Below are positions 52,534 to 64,000 of a DNA stretch of 64,000 bases, one piece after another (the first letter of the stretch is position 1; every line of letters starts with the position of its first letter). The stretch spans positions 3,224,001 to 3,288,000 of the forward strand of contig CAJFCJ010000001.1 in assembly GCA_904063045.1 (NCBI GenBank), given 5' to 3'. A model generated the notes under the pieces. It ran no database searches, was not told the DNA's origin, and saw only the letters and a list, made by a program, of their open reading frames with translations. The DNA is from Dimorphilus gyrociliatus. Its lineage: Eukaryota; Animalia; Annelida. The position numbers were made by a program, and so were the translations under genes.

Positions 52534-53379
52534 ATGCTAAAGTATATCATTCTCCTTTCTACCCTTATTAATGTCGCATTCTGCAGAGACTGCGTCTGTA
52601 GTACTGGAACGACATTGAATATCAGAAGTAGTCCTTCTACTTCTGGAACAGTCCTTGGACAGATAGTTAGAGATACCTGCCTAGAGTATATTTCTACTAG
52701 TGGAGGATGGGATGAAGTCTTCTTCAATGGCGATGTAAATTGTTTTCCTCTTATATTCTATTTACTTTGTTTGTTCAACTTAATATTCAATTTTCAAACA
52801 TTGTAGAGCGCTTATGTTTCAAGTCAATTCACCACCACACCTCGCTTATGCACGGCTGATTGTATGAGTGAAAGTATTTGCAGTGCATATTCTTACAATA
52901 CGGCCAGACATTGTGACGGAAATGGCTGTGGTCATTACGGTGCTCCTCGAGGCAGTCGTCGACATAACGGAATTGACCTTCGTTGCGAAGCAGATTCCGA
53001 TATTTATGCCCCATTTCCAGGAACTATTGTAAGGAGGTCGAGACCATATCCAGATAATAGGTGTTGCAATGACGGTCTACATTATAGAGGAATCGGAGCC
53101 TGGTCAGGTAATTATGAGTTTTTTAATATTATATTATAAATCTAATAGATTATACTCGACTTTTTTCTCTGAATTACAGAATACGAATTTTCCATTTGGT
53201 ACAACAAAATGGTTCCCAACGGAATCGGAAAGACATTTTCAACCGGTGACAAAATTGGTACACATATAGGTCTTCATTGCTCTGGTTGCTATTCCCTGGC
53301 TATGACAGATCATTCCCACTTTCAATTATATAAAAATGGTGTCATAGTTAATCCAACTGAATACGTAATGTGCCAATAA
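52534..53379 (+). CDS. Secreted SH3b + M23/LECT2-like protein, 233 aa; exons 52534-52734, 52807-53107, 53180-53379
   Basis: Signal peptide MLKYIILLSTLINVAFC; SH3b motif TTLNIRSSPSTSGTVLGQI...GWDEV...AYVSSQF; M23 zinc motifs HNGID (HxxxD) and DHSH (HxH); LECT2-like CDGNGCGHYGAPRG and YAPFPG; two 72-bp GT-AG introns in phase. Confidence 0.85.
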
Positions 53380-54478
53380 AAATAATTACTATTAAACTGT
53401 ATGAAAACAAAAATAAACCAGATGTTCAATAAAAAATGATATCTCTCTATTAATAGAAAACAGAAAAGAAAACTTAATCTTAAGAAATAGATATCATACC
53501 ATTAAGATATGGAATGAAAGTTAAATATTTTTTCAATATGTCAGTAATACAACTACAACTATGTTGTTTTATTCGAATTGTGTTTTTTTTTTCAATTTCT
53601 TTGTAATCAGTTAATAAAGAATGAAGTAAAAAACAATCCTTGACCGCTTTTCTCTAGTTTAACAGAATGTTTTACATACTGAAACGAATTCTCACTAATA
53701 GTAGTAATCTTGCATATATGAAATTTGCACGTTTAACCTTCGATTTTCCCTCTAAATCTTAGTGAGAATGAATAAAACGCATGTAGATATTTCTTTATTT
53801 TTCATTCTTCCCTATTTTTCAACAATTAAATAGTTTAGTCTATGAAGCACTTTCAGATACTTAGAGAAAGTTCATCAAATACTTTATTATATTTTTCCCA
53901 CCCATTTAGAAAATACATTTAATATCAATGTAATGATATCATTTCCTTTAGTTTTTGAAGAAAATTCGTCAATCTTCTCTCTTCTTTATTATTTCACTCT
54001 ATTTAGACTTATTATTTATCTTTTTGCATATAAAAATGTGTACAATTATCTCAACGCCGTTTATAAAATAGACAAAGAACCTATATTTATTCTTTGTATC
54101 CTGTATATATAGTAATTATTGCTGTTTATCGTTTTTCTATTTATCACTACTATAAATACGTAGAGCAGTAGTTATGTTTATATATACTGTATATATATAT
54201 ACTGCATATACTAATATATTGACATGTATAGTTCTCCCATAACTTCCTTATATTACTAGAATAAAAAGAAAAACGATATTGATTATCTTTTACCTCAAAG
54301 GCTAAGTACTGTAAGAGTTATTGTATTATACGCAATTAAAATACAAACGTTTATGCTTGATTAATAGTAAATGAACATATCTAGTGTAGTGGATAATTTC
54401 TATCCAAACTAGAATAGAAATTGCTTAAGAACGTGAGAATCTATTATAAAAGTACGTACTGTATATCCTGTACTATAT

Positions 54479-54524
<46 letters not shown>

Positions 54525-54558
54525 AGAATGGAAAAACGATTACGAGTATAAAAAAATG

Positions 54559-57500
54559 TTAAAGTTCACAAATGAATTCTTTTAAGTCCATTTGAAAACT
54601 TGAATCATCGTCAAATTTTGCAGTTAAAGATTTTAGAATATCAATTAAAGCAATATTCAATTTCAATTGTTTTCGTCCCATTTTCCTTGATGCAATCTTC
54701 TTTAATAACTTTAAAATATCTATAAGAAAATATTGGTTATCAATGTATTTAACAGACTAACTATATTATTAATAAGTGTAACAAATATCTACCTTTTAAT
54801 AGCATTTTATCACTGTCGAACTTTTGTAATATAGGTGTAAACATTCGAATTATATTTAACTTTATCATTCTGTTTACCTCGTTTTCTTTAATAAACAATA
54901 TAGTAAAGTCTGTAAGAGATAAAGTAGATTATTAAAATAGTATTTTATAATGATATATACAAGTAAAATCAGGTAAAAAGCGTCTAATTTATTGTAATAT
55001 TCACTTACCGTTTATAAAACTCTTTAATAGAATTTCATCATTTTCTTCATAACATTCAACTAATTTATTATAAAATATATCAATTGTTTCAATATCAGTT
55101 ATTGCGTCTATTTCAATATCTGTCATTATATATTTTAATGAGAATAAACAATATGTTCTCGTAATTATATTCTGATGGCTAGCATTTTGCAATAGAAAAT
55201 CACTAATCATGTTGTTTTCGATTAGAACAATAGGATTTTTAGTTGAAGATAGTTTAAATATTAAATAAGCTACATGTTCAGTATATAAATTTTCTTTCTA
55301 GATGGAAGAAAAGAGAGAAATAATAGAAATATTATGAAAAATTAATTATTAAAGTAAATATATTTCCTTACTGAAAATTTCCTTTCAATATTCATAATTA
55401 TTGAAATTATTGTTTTATCAATCTTTAATTCATTAATTAAATCTAATCTTATCCAATTTTTTAATAGATTCATTACACTTTGTGTATAATTTTCTATTTC
55501 GTAATTTTTCATTATATTCCAATTTGGAATTTGATAGATTTGGAAAAGTTTGTTTGGAATCGATTTTTTAAACATATTTTTTATTATATCCATTGATTCT
55601 TCAGTCTTGTGATGTGAATTTATTGATGAACTTACCTTTATTATTTTATCAAGACAAGTCTGAAGAGTAACAATAGGAATAGTCTTCCGTTTCTCGATAT
55701 TTAAAATATTATTCAACGTTTCCACAATATCCTGACTATAACAGTTTACCTCTTTTACTTCTTCTTTATCTCTTGAATAAGAGGCGTTAGACGCACTTTC
55801 CTCAAATTCAATATCTGAAACTAAGCAACAATTTGAACAACATCGTTGAAAACTATGTTCAATGAGTTGAATGGTATTTATATTTATATTCATGTTTTCA
55901 AAGTTGAATAGTCTTAAACTTGGCAATAAAACAACTTGTTGAATAAGTATTAATATATTTGTATCCGATATCTTATTATCATTTAAATGAAGTTCAAGTA
56001 GACCGGTAAAACATTTGAAATAGTCGTGAATTTTTGTAATATCATTAAATTCAATTAAACAATTTGAAAATATCAATTCTTCAATAATTCCTCTCGATCC
56101 AAGGCATAAAGCTTTCAATATATTTTCAAAAGTTCCTTTTAAGACTGTGTCTGTCATATCTAAACTGTGAAGCGATGTGAAACGTTGAAGAGAATTACAA
56201 TACTTATCTTCATATTCATTCTCCTTAGTTAAGTTAAAACCAACGAATTTTAAATATTTCAATTTTGCAGTCTTATTCGAAATTGTACTTAAAAGTTCCA
56301 AATTAGAGTCTGTCGATAACGCCCCTTTAAAATTAAGTAAAGATAGATATCGTAGATTTGCGCTTATAAGACTAATAAGCATATTCGCATCAGCATCTAA
56401 GTTGACATCAGATAATTCCAAATTTCTCAAACGAGCTGTACTGCAATCTATAATAATTTATGTAAAGTACATTAAAACTATTAGAATCAAAACAGTAATA
56501 TTACAATATATTGTATATATAATAATCAATTACTTGCAGTTTTCATCAATTTTTTCCAGTTTGCATAAATTGAATGAAAGGTAAGACTAGAAATATTTGA
56601 AATAAGTAATTCTCCAATAAGCTCAAAACTGTTATCATCAATATAACAATTATAGAGCTTAAGTTCATTAATATTCTTCCAAGTTAGGATATTTTGCCAT
56701 TTTTGATAATCGACAAATATTTCATGAATTTCAAATATTTCACAATTCTTTGAAATCATTGAATGTTCACTGGAAAGGAGTTTTAAATCGCATTCCTGTT
56801 TTACTTCTAAAAGTCTAGTTGGTTGATTATCTGTATCGCTAAAGATGATTGATAGCTGTGATGAGCTTATATACTTAATATATGTTAATTGTATGTTTTT
56901 CCAAAATCTACGAATACACTTGGCTGTATAATGAAAAATTAAATTATTTAATCGATTTTCATCTTTCAATTCATTCTCTCTCCATTTGATTTCCATTTGA
57001 TGATATTTTTCGTTCATTAGTTGATTAAATAAATCGAGACATCGTTTAAAGCAATCGAAATTAATTCCACCGATAAATTGAAAGACTCTAATATATTTAC
57101 CTAATGAGTTTATATCTTGAAAACCTTTTAAAAAATTATCGAATTTTGATCGATTAACTTCAAACAAATATGTCAAATATACAGCTGCAAAATACTCTTG
57201 AACGGATGAATGTAAAAATTTCAATTCAATACTGAAATTTTCAGTTAAGGATTCTTTACAATTAACCTTTCGTATTAGATTATTTAAATTATCATAAAAG
57301 CTATCGATTGGTTCAATTAACTTCTTTTCAACGAATATAGCATTCTCACCAATATGTTTTAACGCTATTTTACCAATTATTGACTGTAATATTACTTTTA
57401 ATTCTTCTCTAGTCGTCGAAGTTTTAGTATCTTTCAAAGTTGTTTGAATTGATTTATCTAGTAGTATTTTAAATAAATCAAGTTCATTGTTTGGTAAATT

Positions 57501-59021
57501 ACTTTCAAGTCTTTTCCAACAAACTCCATAGAAAGTTGCGATTAGAGGAATAGAACAGGCCGAGAAAAAAGACGACGACTGTTGGAATAGATCTGGATTG
57601 ATAACAGTTTCACTTAATTTTCTAATTGTTTCCAAAGATTCTTTTAAAACTGGATCATTGATATTATCCTCCAAACGCAATTGGCGTTCAATAATTCTAA
57701 ATTCTTCTTCTAAATAACTCTTTCCATCTTTATTATCGATATTCGAAGATGTTAAATGACGTACTAAATCGGAAGAGCTCGTACCAAAACTCTTTCTAAA
57801 GAAATTTATTAATTGTATATCATTAAAACCATTCATTTCAACAACACAATCCCATGTTTCTTCAATTAATTTAGATTTTTCTTTAGATAGCCAAACAATT
57901 ATTGGATGTCCAGAAATCAGTTCAAGAGTATTATTTAAATATTCAATCAATCCATCGTTTAATCCTTCTATTTCGTCGAAAATGTATAAAATATCCAATT
58001 TCGAGTGATCGGTAATCCTTTGAAGAAGTGAAACGTATTCATCTTTCTCAGTACAATCTCCAAAAGTTTGATTTATAAAAGATTCAATAAGTGTTTTCCC
58101 GTGACGAAGTTCTCTGACATTTATATAAATAACAATCTGAAATTCGTTAAAAACAATTCCGTTTGCCCAATTTGCCAGAGTTTTAATAGCAAAACTAGTC
58201 TTACCAATTCCAGAGCAACCATTCATTAAAATTCTTTCAAATTTCTTTTTATAAACAAAGTTAACTAATTCATAAAAATTTACAAATACCTTCTCCCCTT
58301 TCCTTTCATATTTACCTTCCTTTATAATTTTCCATGTAATTTCTGTATATGAATCTCTTAATAGCTTTTTAGTTTTCTTTAAAGAAAATGCTTTTAATTC
58401 ATCAAATTTCAACTGATAAATCCTTTTCAACTTTTTAATAAAGTCATCTTTCTCTTGAAATGTGTAATTTATCAGTTTAATACATAAGTTTCTTCTCTGT
58501 TTAATCCTATTAGCCAATTTTTTTACAAATAAGAATGTCTTTTCCCAACTGTCTAGCTCTTCATTGTCAAAGACGTGTTCGCTGCACCACGAATGTATAA
58601 GATTTAAAACGTATTTTCCAGATAATCGATAGTTCCTTTTAGATGTTTTTGATATACTTTCCAACTCTTTTTCATTAATCTTTTCTTCAATACAAATCTC
58701 CAAACAGTCTTCTATTGTTAAATAAGACGCTAAATTTGCCAATTTTCCACTTTTTATCATATTTTCAAAATTCTCAGCGTAGAAGTCATCACCAAAATTG
58801 AATAAATATATAAAATGCTGTAAAACGCTATTCAATTTCATTTCTGGTTTCTGATCAAAGCATAAAGTTAAAATGTCTATTTTCTGTAGTAGATCCAATG
58901 AATCTATTACTTCATATTTCAAGTTCAATTCATTAATAAGGATAATTTGTATTTCAATATCTAAATGTCTCAATAGCCTAGATAAATTTTCAGTAACAGG
59001 ATAATCTATATCCTTTTCCAT
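54559..59021 (-). CDS. NLR-type protein: death-fold N-terminus, NACHT, LRRs and long helical C-terminal extension, ~1376 aa; exons 59021-56534, 56447-55372, 55297-55009, 54909-54793, 54719-54559
   Basis: Walker A GCSGIGKT, Walker B ILYIFDE, CSIPL, winged-helix FLHSSVQEYFAA, LRRs (LRYLSL, LKYLKF, LHSLDM, LLELHLNDNKI, LRLFNF). Four phase-consistent GT-AG introns (86, 74, 99, 73 bp). An upstream exon is possible (acceptors near 59060-59064). Confidence 0.85.
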
Positions 59022-59924
59022 GGTAAATACTGTGAATTCTTCTATTTCATTTGATATGCCTAACTGTTATAACCATAAAATATATAGAAAACCATATTAT
59101 TTTATTGCAAGTATACAGAGAATGATTTGGCAATATGGATCCAAAGATTAATTTTATCAATTACTCATGTTTATTATGTTCTTTGTTGGAAAACACCTGA
59201 ACAGTTTTTTATTATACAATGTATGCTGTATAACCCCCTATTCCATCTCTCCCTCTCTAGCAATGCTATCTATACCATAATAGTAAAGGGAAAAGATTAC
59301 TCAATAGTTATAGAAGTATTATTTATAATATAGTAGTAAATAATAATCAATTTTGATTTAAAGGTTAAAGGTAGCTTTAGCTTTGACTGATAAATCTTGC
59401 AAAAATACGCTTTTACTTTGAAATACATTAAATTTTTACTATTTGGCAATTTTTTTCTTCAATACAGCTTGATGAACGATAATATACTGTAAATGTAATA
59501 CAATAAATAAAGAAATATGGAGACTATTGAACAGGCTTCATATTGAATAGATATTGAACAGGTTATTGTCGAGATAAACTGGTAGGAATATCATTTTCTA
59601 AGTAAATACCATAATAATTTGTTGAAGAAAAAAAACAGGTATTTCTGTTCAGTTGTTGAACTACAGCTGTCTAATTGCATCCAATTTAAAGGAAATTGAC
59701 TTGTGATTAACCTCTAGAAAAGTCAATAAATGTCTATTCTAAAATTAAAATAATTAGCTAACTAAACTACATGGTAGAATAATCAATCACTAACGCAGAT
59801 AGCTCAATTATCGCTCTATGTTTAGGAAACTTACCCAAATACCAAATAACAAAAGCGGGAAAGAGCGATTGAAAACAAAAGTGTCAATTAATGGTGTTAT
59901 TTTTGTTCAGTAGGGAAAGTAAAA

Positions 59925-60734
59925 ATGGCGAATTCTGACGACTTCAAATTGTATATTTTAAAGAATGCAATAGTGAGGAACTACGAAGATATACGAGACG
60001 CTTTAGAGATAGATGAGACGTTTATTAGAGATTTGATAAAAGAGGGAGTCCTAAGTGAAAAGGCTGGAATAGATTATATAAACGTTAGTACAAATTATAA
60101 AGCATTTATTATATAATAATGATAATAAATTGAATAATACCATGTTCCTATTAAGAATATTCAACAACGAAGTAAGAAGAAAAATATTAAATCAGTACTA
60201 ATGAAGGAAATATTAAATTCCAATAATGTAAATGTTGTTCAGAACTTTGTTAATATCCTTGAGAAGAAACCTCTTCTAAAACAATATATAGATCATGGAA
60301 TATATGATGCAGAGTATACTCTATTCAATATATTCAATTCTATATGATATAGTATATTCTGTTGCTTTACAGAGCAGATTTGTACAATGGAGCACTGCAA
60401 ATGTCCTTTGAAACTTTTTCGCAATATGTTCGATTTAATGGATCGACACTTATTCTTCATTTAGTGAGTGAATGTGTTTTAAATATAGATGAAATGGAAT
60501 TAATAGATGTAATTAATTTTATTTGGCAAATAATCATTAATATTTCAAATTTTTTCATCTTTTTCTAATCTAAATATTAAGATAAAGCCAACTCAAGTGT
60601 CGAAATGCACAGAATTATTCCAAATTTTACTTCGTAAAGGCGATAAATTACCAACTGTTGTCGCAGTTCTAAGGAAATGTGGAAATGATAGAGTAGCTGA
60701 AGAAATATTGACAAACTTGACTAAATCATCGTAA
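59925..60734 (+). CDS. Tandem CARD-CARD-only protein, ~201 aa; exons 59925-60083, 60156-60313, 60373-60508, 60582-60734
   Basis: Phase-consistent GT-AG introns (72, 59, 73 bp). CARD-like patterns: IVRNYEDIRDALEIDETFIRDLIKEGVLS...FVNILEK and LILHLVSECVLNIDEMELI...PTQVSKCTELFQILLRKG...VVAVLRKCGNDRVAEEI. Confidence 0.75.
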
Positions 60735-60920
60735 GATATAGAATTATTTAAGAAATTATTATTTAATATCTTCCTTCTCTTTTCTTAAACAAAAGACAAG
60801 TTTTGGACCAGAAAACAAAAAGAACTCTGCAAGATAAAATATTTTTAGGGCTTTGAAGAAGAGACAATGTACTTTCAGAGTCAGTTTGTCCCACATTTTC
60901 TATTGTTTACACATGATTGG

Positions 60921-60971
<51 letters not shown>
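60921..60971. repeat. (TA)n microsatellite
   Basis: Direct reading. Confidence 0.9.
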
Positions 60972-60973
<2 letters not shown>

Positions 60974-61985
60974 AGAAGACTTTTTAAAAAGGCGTCTGTT
61001 ATTACTAAAAGAACTGATTCATTACCTTTAGTTTTACCGCGTTTTTGATAAAAAAAAACCGTTTCATAAGAAGAGTATTTCAATAAAATGTATACAATGA
61101 TCTGCAATCTATATTGTCAATATTCCAAGTAAAAGAAATAATTGATTTTCTTTAAATAAATACAAAATATTATCAATTTGTTTATAAACCATTTTTCAGT
61201 GACATCTACAGTCTGAGTTGTTCATTTTCTTTCCAAGATTTCCTTCCATATCAACTCTAGAATGGAAGAGAGCGGAGTGTTGTAAGAAATTCAAACAAGA
61301 AAGACAAAGATCTATGATATATAGGGCATGAATAAACCAGTGATTATAAATATTGATATACATGTATGCGTTTAAGTAAAAAAGTCAACTTATTTAATAA
61401 TAGTGATAAGAAGATTGTTCTAAACTTGGCTTGCTTTTTATCTAAAGACGACCTCGATTTTTAATAGGAGAGCTTTGTTGCCGGTTTCTTTTTTGTTCTA
61501 TTTTAAATAAACATTCACTTTAAATTTGTCTTGAATAGACAAAAACGAAAGGAGCCGTTAAAACATGCTAAGTTTTCTAACTAAATAATTGGTTATTATA
61601 AATCCCGCTAGAGGGAGGTAATTCGGACGAAGCTGCAGTTAAGAGGATTACGGTCGTCGATCGGATTATAGTTGTTCACTATACCGATTTTTACACTCGA
61701 CGACAATCAACGTTTAATATATAAGGCCGGTTTAATCTTCACAAATAAACAAGCAGGTATTTAACTGCCTCTAATAGTAAGGAAAAATTAAAAGTTAATT
61801 TTTGTTTTGTTTATTTGTTCATCTTTACTTAAAGCTTTAATCTTATCAATAACCTTAAAAATAGCCGGTCCTCAGAGACAGAGAAGTAAATTAGAAGAAA
61901 AAGAATAGATATAAATAGAGTTAATTTAGGACAAAATACAAAACAAAAAAAGAGAGAGAGCTTCGAACAAACAATTCAATATCGA

Positions 61986-63415
61986 ATGCTGAAGGGAACG
62001 CCAGTCAAGTATCGGCACGTCTACTTGAACGAATCGAAGGGAAATGCTGATAAATCTTTAAAAAAGAAAACCTTGTCGGTTGAAGCTAGACTTGTTCTCG
62101 ATGACTTAAAACAAGACAATGTGAGAAAATGGAGTTCAGACTACAAAGATCGTAACAGGTAAGAATTCCCTCTCTGTCGGGCTAATTAGCCAATCAAAGA
62201 AAACTGAATAGATTATAGATAAATGAACATTAATTAGGCCCTCTATACTATTTAGTTGGTTTTTATTTTACCTGAAAAGTCATCCGGTTCGATTGGTTCA
62301 TTTATTAAGTTTAAATTAATAATATGCATAGTATTTCAAGAGAATCAAAGAGAAAGAAGAAAGCAAAATGAACTTGTACACTATATATTATATATATACT
62401 GTATATTGCATACTCTTACATTCAATATTTTATAGAAACCAATAAAATAGCAATAGTTTTAAACGTATATTTAGTAAAGTTTGAATCCAGGGCAAGTAGG
62501 ATTAACTTGCGATTTTTTTACATTAACAAAACGATCTTATCATTTAAATACATTATTGTCAATCTTTATTATGAGAGATTTATTTTCAATCGGCTCTTTT
62601 TTTTTTCTTTTTCGCCAACCTAATCTATTTTCTAATGTATTCTTATCACAAAGAGAATATACTATTTTCTTTTATTAATATGATTGTTATTAGCCGTTTA
62701 TAATTTTAATAAGAATGGGTGAAAAGAGCTATAAAATTTCTATTTAAACATATATATTTATAAATAAATACATACAGACGTAAGCCTATATAAGGGGCTC
62801 TCTTGTTTTAAGACTAATCGACGTCTATAAGAAAATATGAAGAAATTAATTATCTATCTTTTTAGTCTATAAACAATAATTTATACGAAATGAGAGCTTT
62901 TTTCTCCTCTTCGTCTTTATATTGTTTCAGTAATTATTTAGTGACTTTTAATTAATACAGTAAAACAATTGCGTATGAAAAGTTTATTAATAAATAGACA
63001 GACAGGTAGAACAGTTTTACAAATCTATATTCAATTCGTATCTATCGTTCTCTTCAGATCAAACAGAGTGAGACAGGAGGAGGATGGTAAGAGGTTTAAA
63101 AGTAGAGAAATTCGTAATGGAATCGTTGATGGTGCTTGTAACTCTACTTGCGGACTGGATGAACAATCACTTCCTATCAATAACGAATACAACCAACAAC
63201 AATTAGCTTATTCAAACTTAAAAAGAGAAAAATCATTCCAAATTACTCCAATTGGCTATGATTGTCGTTATGTTCAAGAAAAACGGGTAGAAGTGAATGC
63301 AGAAGAACCAACTGGTTATGAAAAACAAGTAGCGATATCCAAATGCAATAAATGGTTAAATAATTACGTAACGGGAAATTCAAAACGAAAGATTAGTCGT
63401 ACTGAGAGACAGTAG
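61986..63415 (+). CDS. Small soluble orphan protein, ~176 aa, weakly PRR18-like; exons 61986-62158 and 63058-63415
   Basis: Donor AAC AG|gtaaga and acceptor ctcttcag|A TCA join in phase 2. Exon 1 (MLKGTPVKYRHV...) is not in the ORF track. A possible 5'UTR intron (61757-61929) and TATA box (61597) lie upstream. The family call is from remembered motifs only. Confidence 0.65.
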
Positions 63416-64000
63416 CAAATATTTGCATAATTATCTCTCTTCATTCATTTATTAAGTAATTAATATATTTTTGCTTTTATAGGTAATATTACTATTTATT
63501 CTACTTTTGAATATCTAGTTCAATAAACTTGATAATACCATCATTACAATCTACTCTTTTCTTTTCTTTTCTTTTTACACAGTCCTACTCTTTTAGCAAT
63601 ATTCTATAAACATTGCAAGTTCTCTTCTCCTTTAATTACTTTATTTCGTTACGTTGAATGTTTGTTCAAACAATTCAAGCCTATAATCTATTCTTGATCA
63701 GAAATATGAAGAATGTCGGGATAGATTGATCTACACTTAATACGAATATACAACACAATTAAAATTCTGTCATACTCTCTGCTTGCTATAATCAATATTA
63801 ACGTTTGAGAGCAATCTGTAAACATATATAGTCTACCTTCACGTATTAATTGAACAATAAGTAAAAACTATTCAAATCGTTTACTTACTCTTATCGATCT
63901 TGTTTGCTTCTTGTACTGTTCCTTTTTTGAATTAATTTAGTCCTATATTTAGCTCATTTTATATACGATTATATATATAATTGTGTGCTTTATCTTATAT

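Noticed and set aside
52534-53379. Bacterial contamination as the source of the SH3b-M23 gene
   Set aside because: It has two phase-consistent spliceosomal introns and host-like base composition

Overview
AT-rich (~29% GC by eye) animal genomic DNA with mostly tiny spliceosomal introns (57-135 bp). It looks like a compact lophotrochozoan genome; a miniaturised annelid such as Dimorphilus is only a guess. I rebuilt 12 protein-coding genes by hand from GT-AG junctions and phase matching. (1) 1-27 kb is gene-poor, with a two-exon 5-HT2-type serotonin receptor and an intronless FMRFamide-receptor-like orphan GPCR. (2) 28-49 kb is a head-to-tail array of five mGlu-like class C GPCRs (here C1-C5). 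All five keep the alpha-amino-acid anchor residues but have lost both basic residues that bind the distal carboxylate of glutamate. They show gene-conversion-like mosaicism, a precise intron loss, an intronic 53-bp VNTR and a shared CCAAT motif. This is the best candidate for an undescribed system: a lineage-specific amino-acid chemoreceptor array. (3) 50-61 kb is a putative innate-immune cluster of two divergent pairs: PAN-domain protein / SH3b-M23 (LECT2-like), and death-domain NACHT-LRR NLR / CARD-CARD protein. (4) A small two-exon orphan gene lies at 62-63.4 kb. Also present: a Tc1/mariner-type MITE, an excess of TACAGTA/TACTGTA footprint-like motifs and a decayed retroelement-like fragment. 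All alignments and counts were done by eye; no database searches were run.
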